Counted from the whole stretch's first letter, positions 25,201 to 37,708 are shown. The stretch is DNA of 57,797 nucleotides, filler included, from Sphacelaria rigidula (GCA_964200075.2; 8 parts of 8 records of this genome joined end to end with filler, not necessarily neighbours in it), one strand, 5' to 3'. Notes: generated by a model not told the origin, from the sequence alone. A program made the numbers and translations.

Positions 25201-27550
25201 TAACGCATCCAAGACGGCGGCATATGGTAGAGGGCGAGGCCCTCCCATATGCATACCGGTTTCTGGGCAATGGAGGTCGAGGACGTAAACGGGCGTTGAA
25301 AAGCGTCTAATCGGGTGAAATCCAGGTTCGTCGGGTTCCTTTTAACGGCAAGCCGGGCTGGAATCTGCGGCCGTAGGCGGGAGGGGTAGTCGAGAAAGAA
25401 GATCAGCGTTCCCGTTGGTTTGGCCTGGACGGTGCTTAATGGTATACTGGTATGCTGTTAGAAACTCCAACCATTGTTGTACACGCGTGTTGTGTTCGCC
25501 AACTTTGGCGAGTAGTTCGAGTGCTCCATGATCCGTTTAAATCTCAAGGGGCACGTGAAACAGATATTGTCGAAGGCGCTTAATGGCCCAGGTGATTGAT
25601 CCGACTGCCAGTTCTAGCGGGCTCCAATTGGCCTTATTGGGCAGCGTGGCGCAGCTGATATAGATGAGGGGTCGTACGGAGCCATCAGCCTGAGGTTGAT
25701 TCAAAACTCCTCAAAATCCGTTTGTGCTGGCGTCAGTGTGGAGTTGGGATAGGCGAGAGCCATCTTGTACGGCCTCCCAATCGGGAAAGCAGAGTACCGG
25801 CTTTTCGGTAAGCGTTTGTAGCAGTTCGCGGGTGATATTCTCCATATCGGTTGTGAACGTAAACACGGCTCCTTTCTTGAGTACCTCAGTAAGGGAGCGA
25901 ATCCGTTTCGATAAGTTCGGCAAAATTTTGCGGTAGTAGAATAGTCCGCCCAACAATGAGCGAAGTTGATAAATGTTATTTGGCATCAGCAAGTAAGTCA
26001 TCGCCTTGACTTTGTTTGTATCCGGATGTAGTCGTGCTGGCATATTGGAATGCCCCAGGAAATCCAAGTCAGTCGCACCGAGGCGAGCTTTGGATGGAGA
26101 CAGTTTCAAATCGTGTGTGCGTAGGCGAGAGAGAAATTATCGTAGAGTGCGGATATGTGCAATGGGTGAGGCATCGAAAGCGATAGCATCATCTAGATAC
26201 ATGATGTGCTCGAGGCCCTCGGTGACGCGTTGCGTTAAGCGTTGAAAGCATCCCGGGGCATTGGCAGCGCCTTGTGGCATTCGAAGCAACTCATACGGTC
26301 CGGACGAGGTACAAAAGGCCGTTAGTGGGACTGTGTCAGGGTGAAGAACATTCTGGGAGAATCCAGAGGCGAGGTCGAAGGTGCTGAAAAATTTTCCTTC
26401 TCCTGAGGAGTCGAAGACGTCATCAACGCGGGGAATTGGAAGTTTACCGACCGCAGTGACGCGATTCAACCATTGATAGTTCACGGTTATGCGTATGTTT
26501 CCATCCTTCAGGGGGAGGACCGCAAGGGGCGAGGCCCAACGAGAGGAAGGATGTTGTATTAGTCCCGGTCCCAAATACGCATCCAAGATGGCGTTAACCT
26601 TCTTGGTAAGGATTGGGTTTGTTCGGTATGGTCGAGAAGAGATCCGCGAGACGCCGGGTTGGAGGATAATCTCGAAGGGCAGCGTTTTGCAATACCCAAG
26701 ATCCGTCTTGGACCGGAAAAATCGGTTTTGATACTGTAACAGGACTTCACTGAGTTCTCGGGTGACTGCCGGTTCCCTGCCGGACTCATGAAGGTCAAAA
26801 CTGATGTCGCTCATGTGTGGCGGCAGTTGGTGCCACATCTGCAAGAAACTATTTCGAGAATATGGTGGAAAGCGTTGAAGCACTTCAGCAGGAGGATCGA
26901 GATTTAACTGGGTAGGATCCACGGCGTGGACCTGGGGTGGAGTCCAAGAGGCGAGGTTGAAATAAGGTTCATCGACACAATGGACTGACTCCGTCGGAGG
27001 TGTTGCGTTTGGCGCGGCAAGCTCTGTTCCGCACGTCTTGAGTGGGATGTGCATCAGGGGGGCAGCGGCGGTTCCTAAAATATCGCCGGTTTCCAAGTTA
27101 GCATGACCCGTAGGGGGGGGGAGTTGTTATCCCGCCAAGACAAAATGTTCTGTGTTGACTGGTGCGTCCATACGGGGAAACATTTCGGAAAGATAATGAC
27201 CCACAAGTGCTGGCATGCCATTTCGGCAAACGAGTGCATCTTCTAAAAGTTGAGGATCGTCGGAGAGTGTATACGCTACTGTTGTATCGTAGGTGGTAAG
27301 TAGCTCCGGTTGCTTGAGTATTCTTTCGGTAGGCAAGGTCGCCGTGGAGTGTATCAAAGTGTTCAAGGTTCAATTCCCCACGAGGCGTGGAATGTGGCAA
27401 TGGTGGTGGAAGCGCGCCGTAGGTTCGTGTATTGAACCGCATATAGCTATATCTGCCCAATAATATGGCGTGGTACATTGCGCTGTCGGGGACAATGTAT
27501 GCCCAGACGGCCAGGCTGGCAGAACGAGTGGTGTTATGAAAGAATTGCAC
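22250..27550 (-). mobile_element. Second-family Ty3/Gypsy retrotransposon, degenerate pol with chromodomain
   Basis: Protease C-terminus AILLGR (27098-27550); RT FDLASGF/RMPQG/YLDD (26137-27096); RT-RH DFLGH...HTDAS (25711-26109); integrase HLGVTRT...CFKCQARK and LLSDNG...TEIVN; chromo HWHGLRRAPWERESDL. Many stops and frameshifts. Confidence 0.92.
23777..24023. mobile_element. 247-bp MITE with GACACTTTCTAC TIRs and 4-bp TSD (TCGT)
   Basis: TIRs GACACTTTCTACAATAGCCCCCCC / GGGGGGGCTATCGTAGAAAGTGTC; TCGT on both sides; removing it restores integrase DVLVHDYIQHYGCP. Confidence 0.92.
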
Positions 27551-27967
27551 ACTGAGACGTACGGATTATCGTGTCGTCGGGGGTGCGGCAGAATCACCTA
27601 AACCACCCCATACTCGAGGTTGGCTGGTGGTTCCGCAAGCTGCGGTAGCAGCGCCCACACGTGGACAGATGGCACCCTGTGGAGGGGGTCTACAGGATTT
27701 ACGTACCCTGCGCAGTGTTTCTGGCGGGAATTTTACTGTACAGTGTTTTCCAGCGTAGCACAGAACGCTCCACAGGGTTTCTTTACAGTGGTCATGAATA
27801 GTGTGCATCACAGGGTTCCGTCGCCCCGTGCAGAGTTCATCGCTGCTGGCAATGCTGTGCAGTGTGTTGACGCACAAACACTACCTTCCACATGCAGCTG
27901 CGGAGTTATGCTACGGTAGGGTTGCACTTTTTGAGCGAAAATATTTCTCGGGGTGTTACACGGATCA

Positions 27968-28026
27968 TTTTGAGAATCGGCATCATTTTCACTTGAAAAG
28001 ACTGAAAATGATGCCGATTCTCAAAA
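27968..28026. repeat. Perfect hairpin (24-bp stem, 11-nt loop) from a dispersed repeat
   Basis: TTTTGAGAATCGGCATCATTTTCA / TGAAAATGATGCCGATTCTCAAAA; the core ATTTTCACTTG recurs at ~15325 (inverted, imperfect), 15405, 47198 and 48022. Confidence 0.85.
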
Positions 28027-28174
28027 AGACCCCTGAGTGCATCTCCATGTCCTGTCCCCGTAGATTTGGGTTGCACAGTAAGCCCCATATGATCGGTTTC
28101 CTACAAAAACGAGACCCAGAAACAAAAAGTGCAACCTCTATCGTAGCATTGCTCTGCGGGCGCAAGGTACAGGC

Positions 28175-28266
28175 GGAAAAAAGAACTCATTAGCTTGGAC
28201 GGAGAGTCGAACCCTCAACATCATCGTCATAGAGTTGAACGGATACACACGGAGCTACGCGTGGTA
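28175..28266 (-). mobile_element. tRNA-derived SINE-like head
   Basis: Minus strand: TAGCTCCGTGTGTA (A-box-like), GGGTTCGACTCTCC (B box), then a T-run; no intact cloverleaf. Confidence 0.5.
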
Positions 28267-28850
28267 GTCATCGTGGATTGTATACATTTTTTTGTACTTC
28301 TGAATTTTGGGGCCCCCGAAGGTCCGTGTCAATAACACTGAAATCCTCCGAATTGTTTTTAGAGGCACAAGTGTAATGAAAATCTGGAATTTGGACAGCC
28401 GCTGCTGTTTGAAATAAATCCTAATTCCAAACTTGGAACATAGGGGGAAAAGGATTCATTTCAAAGAGCTTCAGCTGTACAGATAATCTCATATACACTG
28501 TATATAGCAGATGGAATTTGTACACCGCCAAGAATACCTGAAATTGGGCTGACGTCATGATAACGGATCGCAATTGACCTCGGCGATAGATGCATATACC
28601 TGACGAATACCCCATGGTCCCGCGTCGACGAAACTAAAGCAATATGCAGGGAATAATGAAATAATATCTCATCGCGCGGTTGATACTGCGTACTCGGGAT
28701 ATATATTCACAACAATAAATTGGACTGGACTGTACAATACCATTGCATGCGGGACAGTGCGCTATACCGCCGTGCTTATACGTGCGGCGCCATGTACTGC
28801 AGATGGCTGGCTATAAATACAATGTAGATGCCTGCAGCTTATTTTGATAT

Positions 28851-28950
28851 NNNNNNNNNNNNNNNNNNNNNNNNNNNNNNNNNNNNNNNNNNNNTTAATT
28901 AATTAANNNNNNNNNNNNNNNNNNNNNNNNNNNNNNNNNNNNNNNNNNNN
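28851..28950. other. Artificial contig linker
   Basis: Same 100-bp N/TTAATTAATTAA block. Confidence 0.97.
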
Positions 28951-28994
28951 GATCTGAACAAAACTGCTTGTCGATAAAACGCAGCACTTGTCGT

Positions 28995-29060
28995 TGTGGG
29001 GGCAATCACTTCTCCAAAAGTGATTCTCTTAAAAGTGATAATCACTTCTGATAGGACCCC
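28995..29060. repeat. End of a short element with AATCACTT/AAGTGATT motifs and a GGGGTCCTATCAG terminus
   Basis: Repeated self-complementary motif ending ...GATAGGACCCC; abuts the hairpin arm of the next element. Confidence 0.45.
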
Positions 29061-29214
29061 GCCTAAGTGATGGAAAAAAAACCCTTGTGTGCACTGGCAG
29101 TTTTTTTATTATGCCCTATTCATTGTCCATACCAAATTTCAGGGTCCAACTCTACGTATTGGCCATACAATGGGCCTGCAAACTGCAGGATCGCTTCTCG
29201 GCTGGCCCAGCTCG
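29061..29214 (-). mobile_element. Terminal fragment of the hairpin TIR family (copy D)
   Basis: Reverse complement of ~53678-53842; ends GGCCCAGCTCG|TA directly against the Gypsy chromodomain end. Confidence 0.8.
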
Positions 29215-29216
29215 TA

Positions 29217-32200
29217 CTCCGGCGCTAATTTACTGGTCAGCGCCCGAGTCAACCACATTTTACGCAGTCCTTCAAAAACAATTCAGGCGCAGAAGAATGA
29301 ATCTTGCGAAGAGACTCCCACGTACGTTCTTCAGCACCGAACCTTCCCAATCGACCAGAACAATGACATCACTATTGTCATCCTCAGCGACGTGCACCAA
29401 AGCATTCATCGGACGTTAACCTTGAGCATACGAATGATGAAAAACATCTTTGAGTTCCGCAGTGATGTGCAACTGCGAGTCAGCATAGAAACGTAAACAA
29501 GCGACATGGGCCGAGTGCACGGCGCCAGAAACAATGTTCCGCACCGAATACACATGAGCGTGGTCGGCTCCGACCACTTGCCACGGACCTGTCCACGTTG
29601 ACGTCAGCTTTGGCGTCACACCTTGCCTACGAACACGGGCATACAATACGAAATCGCCAAGTGCAAACTTGGGCAACACAACCTGGCCCTGAGCAAACTT
29701 GCGTTTTGTTTCGCGACACACCGCGACAGCTGCTTGCATTTCGTTACAAAACCGCACTTGCTCGTCAACCACGCCTCGAACCTTGTCACGCAACGAATCA
29801 GCATCCATGACATCGACTTTTCCACTCGCCGCCAGTGACAGAAGCCAGCGGAGAAAACGCTGTACACGGCGCACGCCCAAACATCACACAATACGGAGTG
29901 TTACGGTAGCGTTCAAGAGAAGAAGTATTCAATGCCCACTGAGCGGCTGGCTCGACCCATTCAGACACCGGCCGTCACTGTTCCGACAAAATAGACCGCA
30001 ACGCACGAAATCCTCTTTCATCATGCGTTCACAAGCACCATTCGACCAAGGGGTATTCGCAACAGCAAATTGGTGCTGCACTTTCAGCGCATCGCTCAGC
30101 TACGCGGCAACTCGATTCTTGAAGTGCGTGGCGGTATCACTAACCCAAACATGCGTCACCCCCAAAGTCTTGCACCAGTGGAGCAAGTGCTTCGCCGTAA
30201 CCTCGGCGGTGCAAGCCTCGGTCGGCTTCAAGCAAATGAAATTGGACAAATCATCCATTATAACCGAGACGTACCGAAAAACATCCTCCTCAGGCAAATC
30301 ATTAGCACCTTCAGGTCCGGTACTTCTGGCGTACAAATAATCAAAGTGAACAACCTCACCTGGCGCAGTACCATGCACAGTATCGCCATACGGACGAGGT
30401 ACAATCTAACCAGCACGAGTGTCTACACAATGCAAACACTGGCGAGCGAACTTGCGAACGTGGGAATCCATGTGAGGCCACACTATATTTTTTTCAAACG
30501 AAACAGAGTCAGCGCCACACCACGGTGACCAGCTGACCTCATGTCAGCGCACACCATTAAGCGAGTTTATAAAGCCTTATCATCCGACGGAGTCCACAAA
30601 ACATCACTACTGCAAACACGCACGCGAAACAAACCACCGTCAGCCAAAGTAGCTTGACCGAAAGTCGTGGGAAAAGAGTGGACACCTTTGCCGACTGTTT
30701 TGCGCTGCGCGGTACGAATGACATCGAACGAGGGCAGCGAATCATGGGCATTACACGGGCTGTACACGGCAACAGAACAAACAGGCACGGTAGGAACCTT
30801 CACCAAGCGAGACATCGAACCTCCCAAAAATTGCCGTCTCCAGGAATGAGTTCAATGGCATACCGGTATTGATGTTGAGCTCCCAGCAACTTCCGCATGT
30901 CTCCTTGGCTTGGCATCACCCCCCGGAGACTGTTTCACTTGCACGTTCACCGCCTGATAGTCGCTGACCAAACGGAATGTGTCCCTCTTCGACATCGCCA
31001 TCGCTGGACTCGCCCGTACAGCCTGTGACGATTTATAGGCGACCGATTAGACTACCGTACAGTTAGCGCTGACTGTATGGTAGTCTAATCGGTTGCCTAC
31101 AAAACGTCAAAAAAGTCCGTCGCTGGTTCGATTCCCGTCGGACGCACTTTCTTTGAAGAATAAAAGGAAAACCCTACCTCCGGTAAAAAAAAAAAAGTGA
31201 TGGGGGAGAGTCCAATGCCCGAGTTGACTGCTAGAGACCCCAGTGCACACACTCTGGAAATGAGTGAGGGAGACGAGTAACTCCGAGTGGATACGTGTGG
31301 CAACATTACACCGATACCGTAAGCGCAAACATTTATATAGCGCTGGTAAGAGGCGTCGCCCTCCTCGAAGTGAAGGTGACGGGGATCGAACCCCCACAAC
31401 TGACTTTTGTGACGATTTATAGGCAACCGATTAGACTACCGTACGGTCAGCGGCTGACCGTACGGTAGTCTAATCGGTTGCCTATAAATCGTCACAAGCC
31501 TGAACATTCCTTACCAACAAACCAAATGTCATCAAAACTGCGATGCATGAGGCAAGACACACGGTCTTCACCGGATCGCAGCGGCGAGGCTTGGCCTTCA
31601 CAGCCTCCTTCATTGGCTCCACGCGCGCTGGCGGATCACCACACAGCGCACGACGAAATGCGCGACGAGCCAAAATATCGCGCAGACAATGTGCGCCGTC
31701 GGCGCTCAGGCCCTTCTGCTCGGCCTGCCGCACACTATTCTCAAGCGTACGTTCTCTTGCACCTCTCTCCTCTGCTGGGTCCATGAACATGTCCGGCCCC
31801 CGATTGACCAAGCGCTCCACCGCTTTATCGGTAGGAGCCCCCTCCTCATTGGCGCTCTGGAATGACGGTATGGATACGATCACACGCCTTGTAGCAAGAT
31901 AGGTGGGGTTTTCCACGCCGGTTTGCACCGGCACAGCACGCGGATGTAATTTGTCCAATGCCAGCGGATATAAATCAATCCCGAGCTCCTTCATCGTCGC
32001 CATCCCAAATAGAACCTCGTTGTCCCTAACGGGCATGACAGCGAAAGTGATGGGCTGCAACTCCACAGCCCCCCACGGCGTACTCACGCTAACAGTAATC
32101 GATACCTTTTTGTGTGTAACCGTCACGGGAGCACCCGTGGTGGTCTGTGCTGTTTGCGGTCCGTTTTCGAACGGCATCTGAAGCTGAGCGACGCCAAACT

Positions 32201-33790
32201 GCGAAGACATCTGTTGTAGCAACTCCACACCGATCGACGTGAGAACGGATCCAGAATCCAGAATAACGTGGGCCATTAACGAACCTACAGGACTAGGTGA
32301 GGATAAATCTGCGCGTAAGCATTCAGCCTCGCGATCGACAGGTACCACGCCTGCCGAATAACCCTGTTCTGTACCAAGGGTCACCTGACGCCAGGGCTGC
32401 CTTCCAGCACTTGGCATCGATGGCTGCGACTCGTCGGTCCAACCAGACCAAGCCACCGAATATGCAGACGGCGCTGTTACAGCCGTCGCAGCAGTAGGGA
32501 ATGCACCAGACACGGATCCTGCCTGGCCGAGGGGTTGCGAGCTATTCGCTCCAGCACTCCCCGCCGGAGTATTTGCATTTCTCACGTGCACTGTCCGCCC
32601 CGCTACGGGCGAGCCATAAGATCCAGAGTCACCACTTGATGACGTAGTGGAAGAAACAGCAGCGGAGGAACCACAATCTGCCGTCGATTGCTTGCTACCG
32701 CGGCCGCCGCGCCCGCGTCCCTGATTGACACGGCCCCGTCCACCGTGACGACCGCCCCAAGATCCTGATGAATCTCGCGCATTGCCGTGTGCAGAGGCTT
32801 GAGCGCGAGGCTTGGGGTAGTCCTTGATCATATGCCCGGTGTCGCCGCAGTTGTAACACGCGCGAGTGGACGACTCTCGCGAAGACGGCTGCTGCTTCTG
32901 TCGCTGTTGTTTGCGGCGTATACTACCTGCACTTGTTGCAGAGTCGCGCCGGCTATGTGCACCATTAAACGTCCACTGGTCGGCCACCTCAAATATTGTT
33001 TTGAACACCACCGTCGGGTTCTTTATTCAGCCGTCAACACACGTCAGTACACTTCTAACCAAAGTCTTGAATTCCGGGGGCGAAATCCTGTCCACCAAAG
33101 CTATGGAAACCGGCTCGGCCGGACCTTGCAACCAACTCCTGTCCTCCGCACGATACATGGCTTGCACCGTCAGGTCTGAGAAAACCTTTCAATAGCTGAG
33201 CTGACCATCATCGCACGGTCCTTAACAGATTTCCCACTGCTTTGTGGCATAGTAAGAACGTTGCGCAGATTTGCTGCAGCCCGCGCAGCTTCATGCTTGC
33301 CGCCTGTTGTAGTATACCCGGCATGTTGCTTTACAGCATTAAGCGATTCGTCGGGGGTCATAGCCCGACGGTCCTTGTGCATATCTTCGAAGCAACGGTG
33401 AATATAGGTAGAAATGAGCTGTGCTATGCTCACTCTCTGATGCCGTATGACTTCTGTATCGTTGCCTAAAATCAGCCTCTCTAGATAGTCGATATATGCG
33501 GCATAAAACCTTCTTGACGCCTCTTCGGTCCACACTTCGCCATCCTTAGGCGGTTCTAACGGCTCACCTTACACCAGCAGTGCTGCCGCTGCTTGAGCCA
33601 TGTCGACTAGACTTCAACACTTCACTGAGAGACTGTTGCCTGGCTCGTGCGTCTTCCAGCCCACGGCGCATATGCACTGCTGTGCGTTTCAAATTGGTCT
33701 CCTCCTGTATGCGGACTAAAATGGCTCTCAGTTGCAGCCCGCTTCTCCCCAGCCAAACTTCTCTCACAGAGTGCCGGGAGAGTATCTAGA
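29217..33790 (-). mobile_element. Ty3/Gypsy retrotransposon related to the contig-3 element; gag present, RT/RH largely deleted
   Basis: Gag fragments (33170-33767); zinc knuckle CYNCGDTGHMIKDY; protease ILDSGS; GPDMFMDPAEE shared with the contig-3 element; integrase VHFDY...WVSD; KLTSTWTGPW; chromodomain. About 1 kb deleted near 30871. Confidence 0.92.
31024..31496. mobile_element. 473-bp non-autonomous element with hairpin termini, TGT...ACA ends and 4-bp TSD (AGCC)
   Basis: AGCC at 31020-31023 and 31497-31500. The right end is a perfect 44-1-44 palindrome (31408-31496); the left end is an imperfect 44-44 palindrome (31024-31111). B boxes at 31125 (+) and 31381-31392 (-). Confidence 0.92.
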
Positions 33791-34839
33791 TATTATAGCC
33801 TCTGCCAGACGATCTGGACAAGAGGACTATCCACGAGGGGCTCCTCCAGTAGCACTCGCCTCGTGCTCGACAAGTCCTGTCTTTTCACTTGTTATTATCA
33901 CGGAGTGATCCTCAACAGACCACATCAGGAGCCAGACAGCAAGGGGGCACACAGATGAGGGCCATCAATCCAGGATCCCCTGTCCCCTGCCACTGCTCCG
34001 CTCATGCATGCGATTATATTGAAACCTACGGCTTGGTATCATTTGGCTACACACCGCAGTGGGTTATTGCGATGCTTGCGTATCGGTATATCCCAATCTT
34101 ACTATGGTCGGTTGTGTCTTTCCGTGGCCGCGAGCGCTGGCGCCGATGCCAGCGGCAGAAGCCGCCATGCTGACGGGTGCAAACAGTACCCTGGCCGTGC
34201 AGTTTATTTGCACTCTGCTGTGCGTTGCTCCGTTCATCGGAGCACGGGGTCTCGCCCAGCCGGTCGAGCGGTGTATATCGGCGCTGGTTGTATGTCTTTA
34301 CCCAGCCATGTTCGGTATCGCGCACGTGATGGGTCCGGGTAACATGAAAGTGTTAACAGGTAGTCAAGTGTGTAGACCGTACTGCGTCCCGACTGATGCT
34401 ACAAAATATTTTACAAAGAGACGAACACAACCATACAGCACCTCAAACAATCTCAGCGGAGACCAAACCGTCTTTGCGAGGTCTCAACACACCACATAAT
34501 AGTGATAGCTACAGCATATATGAGAGAGGACGTGAGTGTGTGTGTGCTGCAGTACAGTGAAAGAGAACACGTATCATGTTTTAGTTCTTCGGCTGATTTC
34601 AAACGGGTCCTCAGTACTTGTCGGGTGCCTGTCTTGAACGCTCGGCCATAATCGTGCTTCACGCAAATAATTTAACTCACAACGAAATCACCCCCATGTA
34701 GCTCTATGGGTCATGTGCCTATTACGAATCGCAAGGGCATACTAGGTGTGACAAAACAAAACTGGCCACCATTTGTTTTCGTGAGTTATGAACGCTACCG
34801 TGAAAAGTGGTCCTTGTTTAACTATAACGTTCCTAAGTC

Positions 34840-35275
34840 AAGAGGAAAATGCTCAATATCCCGCAGACCTTGCCTCTTTGTTAGTACTCCCTTGCGATTC
34901 TCGACACAAAATTTCAAGGCACATGCCTCGAAACTGAGCTGTCAAATGGCCTACAGTATCCAGCTTCGTTGGGGGGCTCGTCCGGCCTGTAAGTCCGGAA
35001 TCCTTACCTCAATTTTTAGAGTTGCAGTGCTGGGGCATATTCAAAGACGCTATTCTGGGACCCCGATAATTTGCTTTTCTATGATTTAGGGACGTTATAG
35101 TGCAGACTGAGTCTTGTTTCTTGCCCTTATCCCATGAACAAAATCTCAAGGCCCCAAAGTCACTGTTTTGTTATGCCGTGGTGATTCTCCTCACCAAATT
35201 TTAATCTGCAACTCTCAACATTGAGGTGAGAATCTGCCTCATCCTGCAGATCCGCTTCTAGGCTGGCCCAGCTCG
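34840..35275 (-). mobile_element. Diverged copy C of the hairpin TIR family
   Basis: Ends GGCTGGCCCAGCTCG|TA; degenerate inverted arms around a 29-bp loop at 35094-35122. Confidence 0.65.
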
Positions 35276-36087
35276 TAGACGTCACCCACCTCAATCTACG
35301 GACCACAGCCATAGTGTACCCAGGGATGAAGGACCTTCAACACCAAGTACGCCCTTGACATTTTTAGGTCGAGTACATGGCATCTGTGTTGGAAAGGCAG
35401 CTTTGGTGCTGTGTTGCCTCGCTAGCAGTCTCGCATAAGATGCCGAGTGGGTGTGAAGCCCACTCACGTTATGCAGGAAACGATAAAAAAAGGTCGAACG
35501 GTTTTTGCAGGCGCTTATGTGACCAACACGTGATATAAGCGCAGTTTTCTCAGAACTAGACTACCAGGATGAGATATACTGGGAGAACTCTGGAGCATTT
35601 TCCGGGAGAGTGATACACCGTGGAAGGGTAGAATTCTCTGCGAGTCGAGTGGTAATCCCTGGGAGAGAGACAAGGGCGTGGCCTCGACTGGTTTCATGAT
35701 AACAAGCTCACGTGCGGACTGGGATGATCCAGCCTAACGTAAGATGGGTATTGGATATTCCAACGCCTCACTATAGAAGGCAACAATTCAGAGCAGCCTT
35801 GCTGTACTAACACTGGGCTGTTTCAATCTGCGTACAATACAGTGTATGGCACTACATGATCCACCAGATGACGCAAAGTAGCACAAGCTGCCCCGCATAC
35901 GCCCAAAATAATGCTTTCAAATGGGCACCCCACACTAGCACCGTTTCGTACAATTGGTATTGGGGAAGGGGGGGTGTAATCATGATCATCCATGTATGTC
36001 GTAGTCATGAAGGGAAGAGGGGGGGGGGAGGGGGGCGTACTCATTTGTTTCTTGCCTTAGTCGTGTGACCCTTGACCACGCATCCCT

Positions 36088-36187
36088 NNNNNNNNNNNNN
36101 NNNNNNNNNNNNNNNNNNNNNNNNNNNNNNNTTAATTAATTAANNNNNNNNNNNNNNNNNNNNNNNNNNNNNNNNNNNNNNNNNNNN
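36088..36187. other. Artificial contig linker
   Basis: Same 100-bp N/TTAATTAATTAA block. Confidence 0.97.
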
Positions 36188-36255
36188 CCAAGGGACAGGG
36201 CGGGAGGGGGGGGGGGTGGGGGTGGGGGGAGGGAGGGGGGGAGACGGGGGAGGGG

Positions 36256-36292
<37 letters not shown>

Positions 36293-36583
36293 CGTTCTCG
36301 CGTGTACCTGCCTGTAAACTATGGTGTGCCAGGAGTCATGTTCTTGAGTTGGTCGCCTGGTCGGTATGTCAAAATTGGAATGCCTTCTTAACTGCACGCG
36401 TGGAGGATATCCGTATTTTTGTTCACACAAGTGTCGGCACGCTCTTTGATCACTTCGTAGCTTGATGTAGCGGGGGCCCGAGTGGACCTTGGGTTCGTTC
36501 GCTGCATGAGTTAGGGGGATGGAGGATGATGGGGGTGCTGTTATCCAGATGAGGAAGTGCTGTTCGACGTGTTGCATTGACAG

Positions 36584-36696
36584 GAATGGCAGCTCAGGCC
36601 CGAGATATGGCTGCTCGGATTAAAAGTCAGCGGGTGAAGGAGTGGGGTGCTTGGGAGGTCAACTTGCTCGAGCGCATCGCGGCGGACGCAGCCGAG
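36584..36696 (+). CDS. Exon of a Spc7/KNL1-like kinetochore protein (C-terminal region)
   Basis: GACAG acceptor and GAG|GTAT donor; MAAQARDMAARIKSQRVKEWGAWEVNLLERIAADAAE resembles the Spc7-domain K..W..W...LL..L motif. Confidence 0.6.
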
Positions 36697-37580
36697 GTAT
36701 TTTTTGTCTGAGTCCTGCCTGTCTGAGCACGAATGTATCAACGATTATGTCTCAGCCATTGGACACTCAACTGGGCGTTGCATCTACTCAAGGGATGAAC
36801 CACCGCGAGGACGCATCCTCCGTACATTGTGTCATAGCCAGCCGCTCGATGAAACCGTTTGGAAATACGTGTGCGGGTATGTATGCGTGAGCCGGCACGT
36901 GTCCACGGCTGACTTTTTCTGAATCTTGATGGGGCTATTACGTATGGTGTACGCATGAATAAAAACCAAAAGTGAAATTGCGACATGCAACATGCAACAT
37001 GCGTACAACACAAACCGCACCTGATGAGACAAAGTGTGAAGCCTATGTAAGCACGTCAAGTCAGACTCTACATCATCGTCCGAGAAGTTGACCGCATGTG
37101 TGTGTGTGAGGGATTTTTTTTTTTTTTCAGGCTGTACAACTTGAAACCCGCCACGGCACGGCGTGAATGTTGGTATTGCTTTTGCAGGGCTAATGGACGT
37201 GTGACAACATAGCGTGGTCTCGTAATGCGCCGCACTTCGCCTTGTTGCGGCCACAAATGTCTGCCGCAAGTCGCATCCCCTCTACCATTTTCGAGAGATG
37301 GCGCGCTGCCAGGGTAGTCCGGGGTCCTGCCTTGATGCAAACATGCCGGTGTGGCAACCCGCCGCACTGTGATGGAACTCTCACTGTATCCCAGTTTTTG
37401 CATCCCTCCTTGAGTAGCCTCAACCGAACTACGATTTTCACGATGCTCGTACAGTGCCCGTAGATGCTGTTATGATATTCTGTGCGCCGGCCGTGTTTCA
37501 CTATTGATGATGTTGATGATACACGTGTTTAATGGAGGTTCCCTATACACGGCAAAATGTACTGTATCTGTGTTTGAAAG

Positions 37581-37708
37581 GTACTTGCGGAGGGTTCCCG
37601 CAGACTGAAGGGTGTGACGTCTTCTGAGACGTTGGTGATGGGTGTGGACTCCACCATTGTCAGGGCGGAGAAGTCCATCGTGAAAGCGGAGGCCCACGCT
37701 CAGATCCG
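37581..37708 (+). CDS. Exon of a Spc7/KNL1-like protein (coiled coil)
   Basis: TGAAAG acceptor and CG|GTGAGC donor; VLAEGSRRLKG...IVKAEAHAQIR; phases 0 and 2 fit both neighbours. Confidence 0.6.

Noticed and set aside
17406-25720. RIP/APOBEC-like hypermutation of the Gypsy copies
   Set aside because: The stops arise by mixed substitution types, frameshifts are common and CpG remains abundant; this looks like ordinary neutral decay.
31482-33011. 509-aa ORF as an intact gene
   Set aside because: It is a gag-protease-RT fragment of a decayed Gypsy; the zinc knuckle has lost its last Cys and the ORF stops inside the inserted hairpin element.
36188-36295. Poly-Pro/poly-Gly ORFs (also 56292-57254 and 21742-22110)
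   Set aside because: Translations of G/C homopolymer tracts, often at low-quality contig ends.
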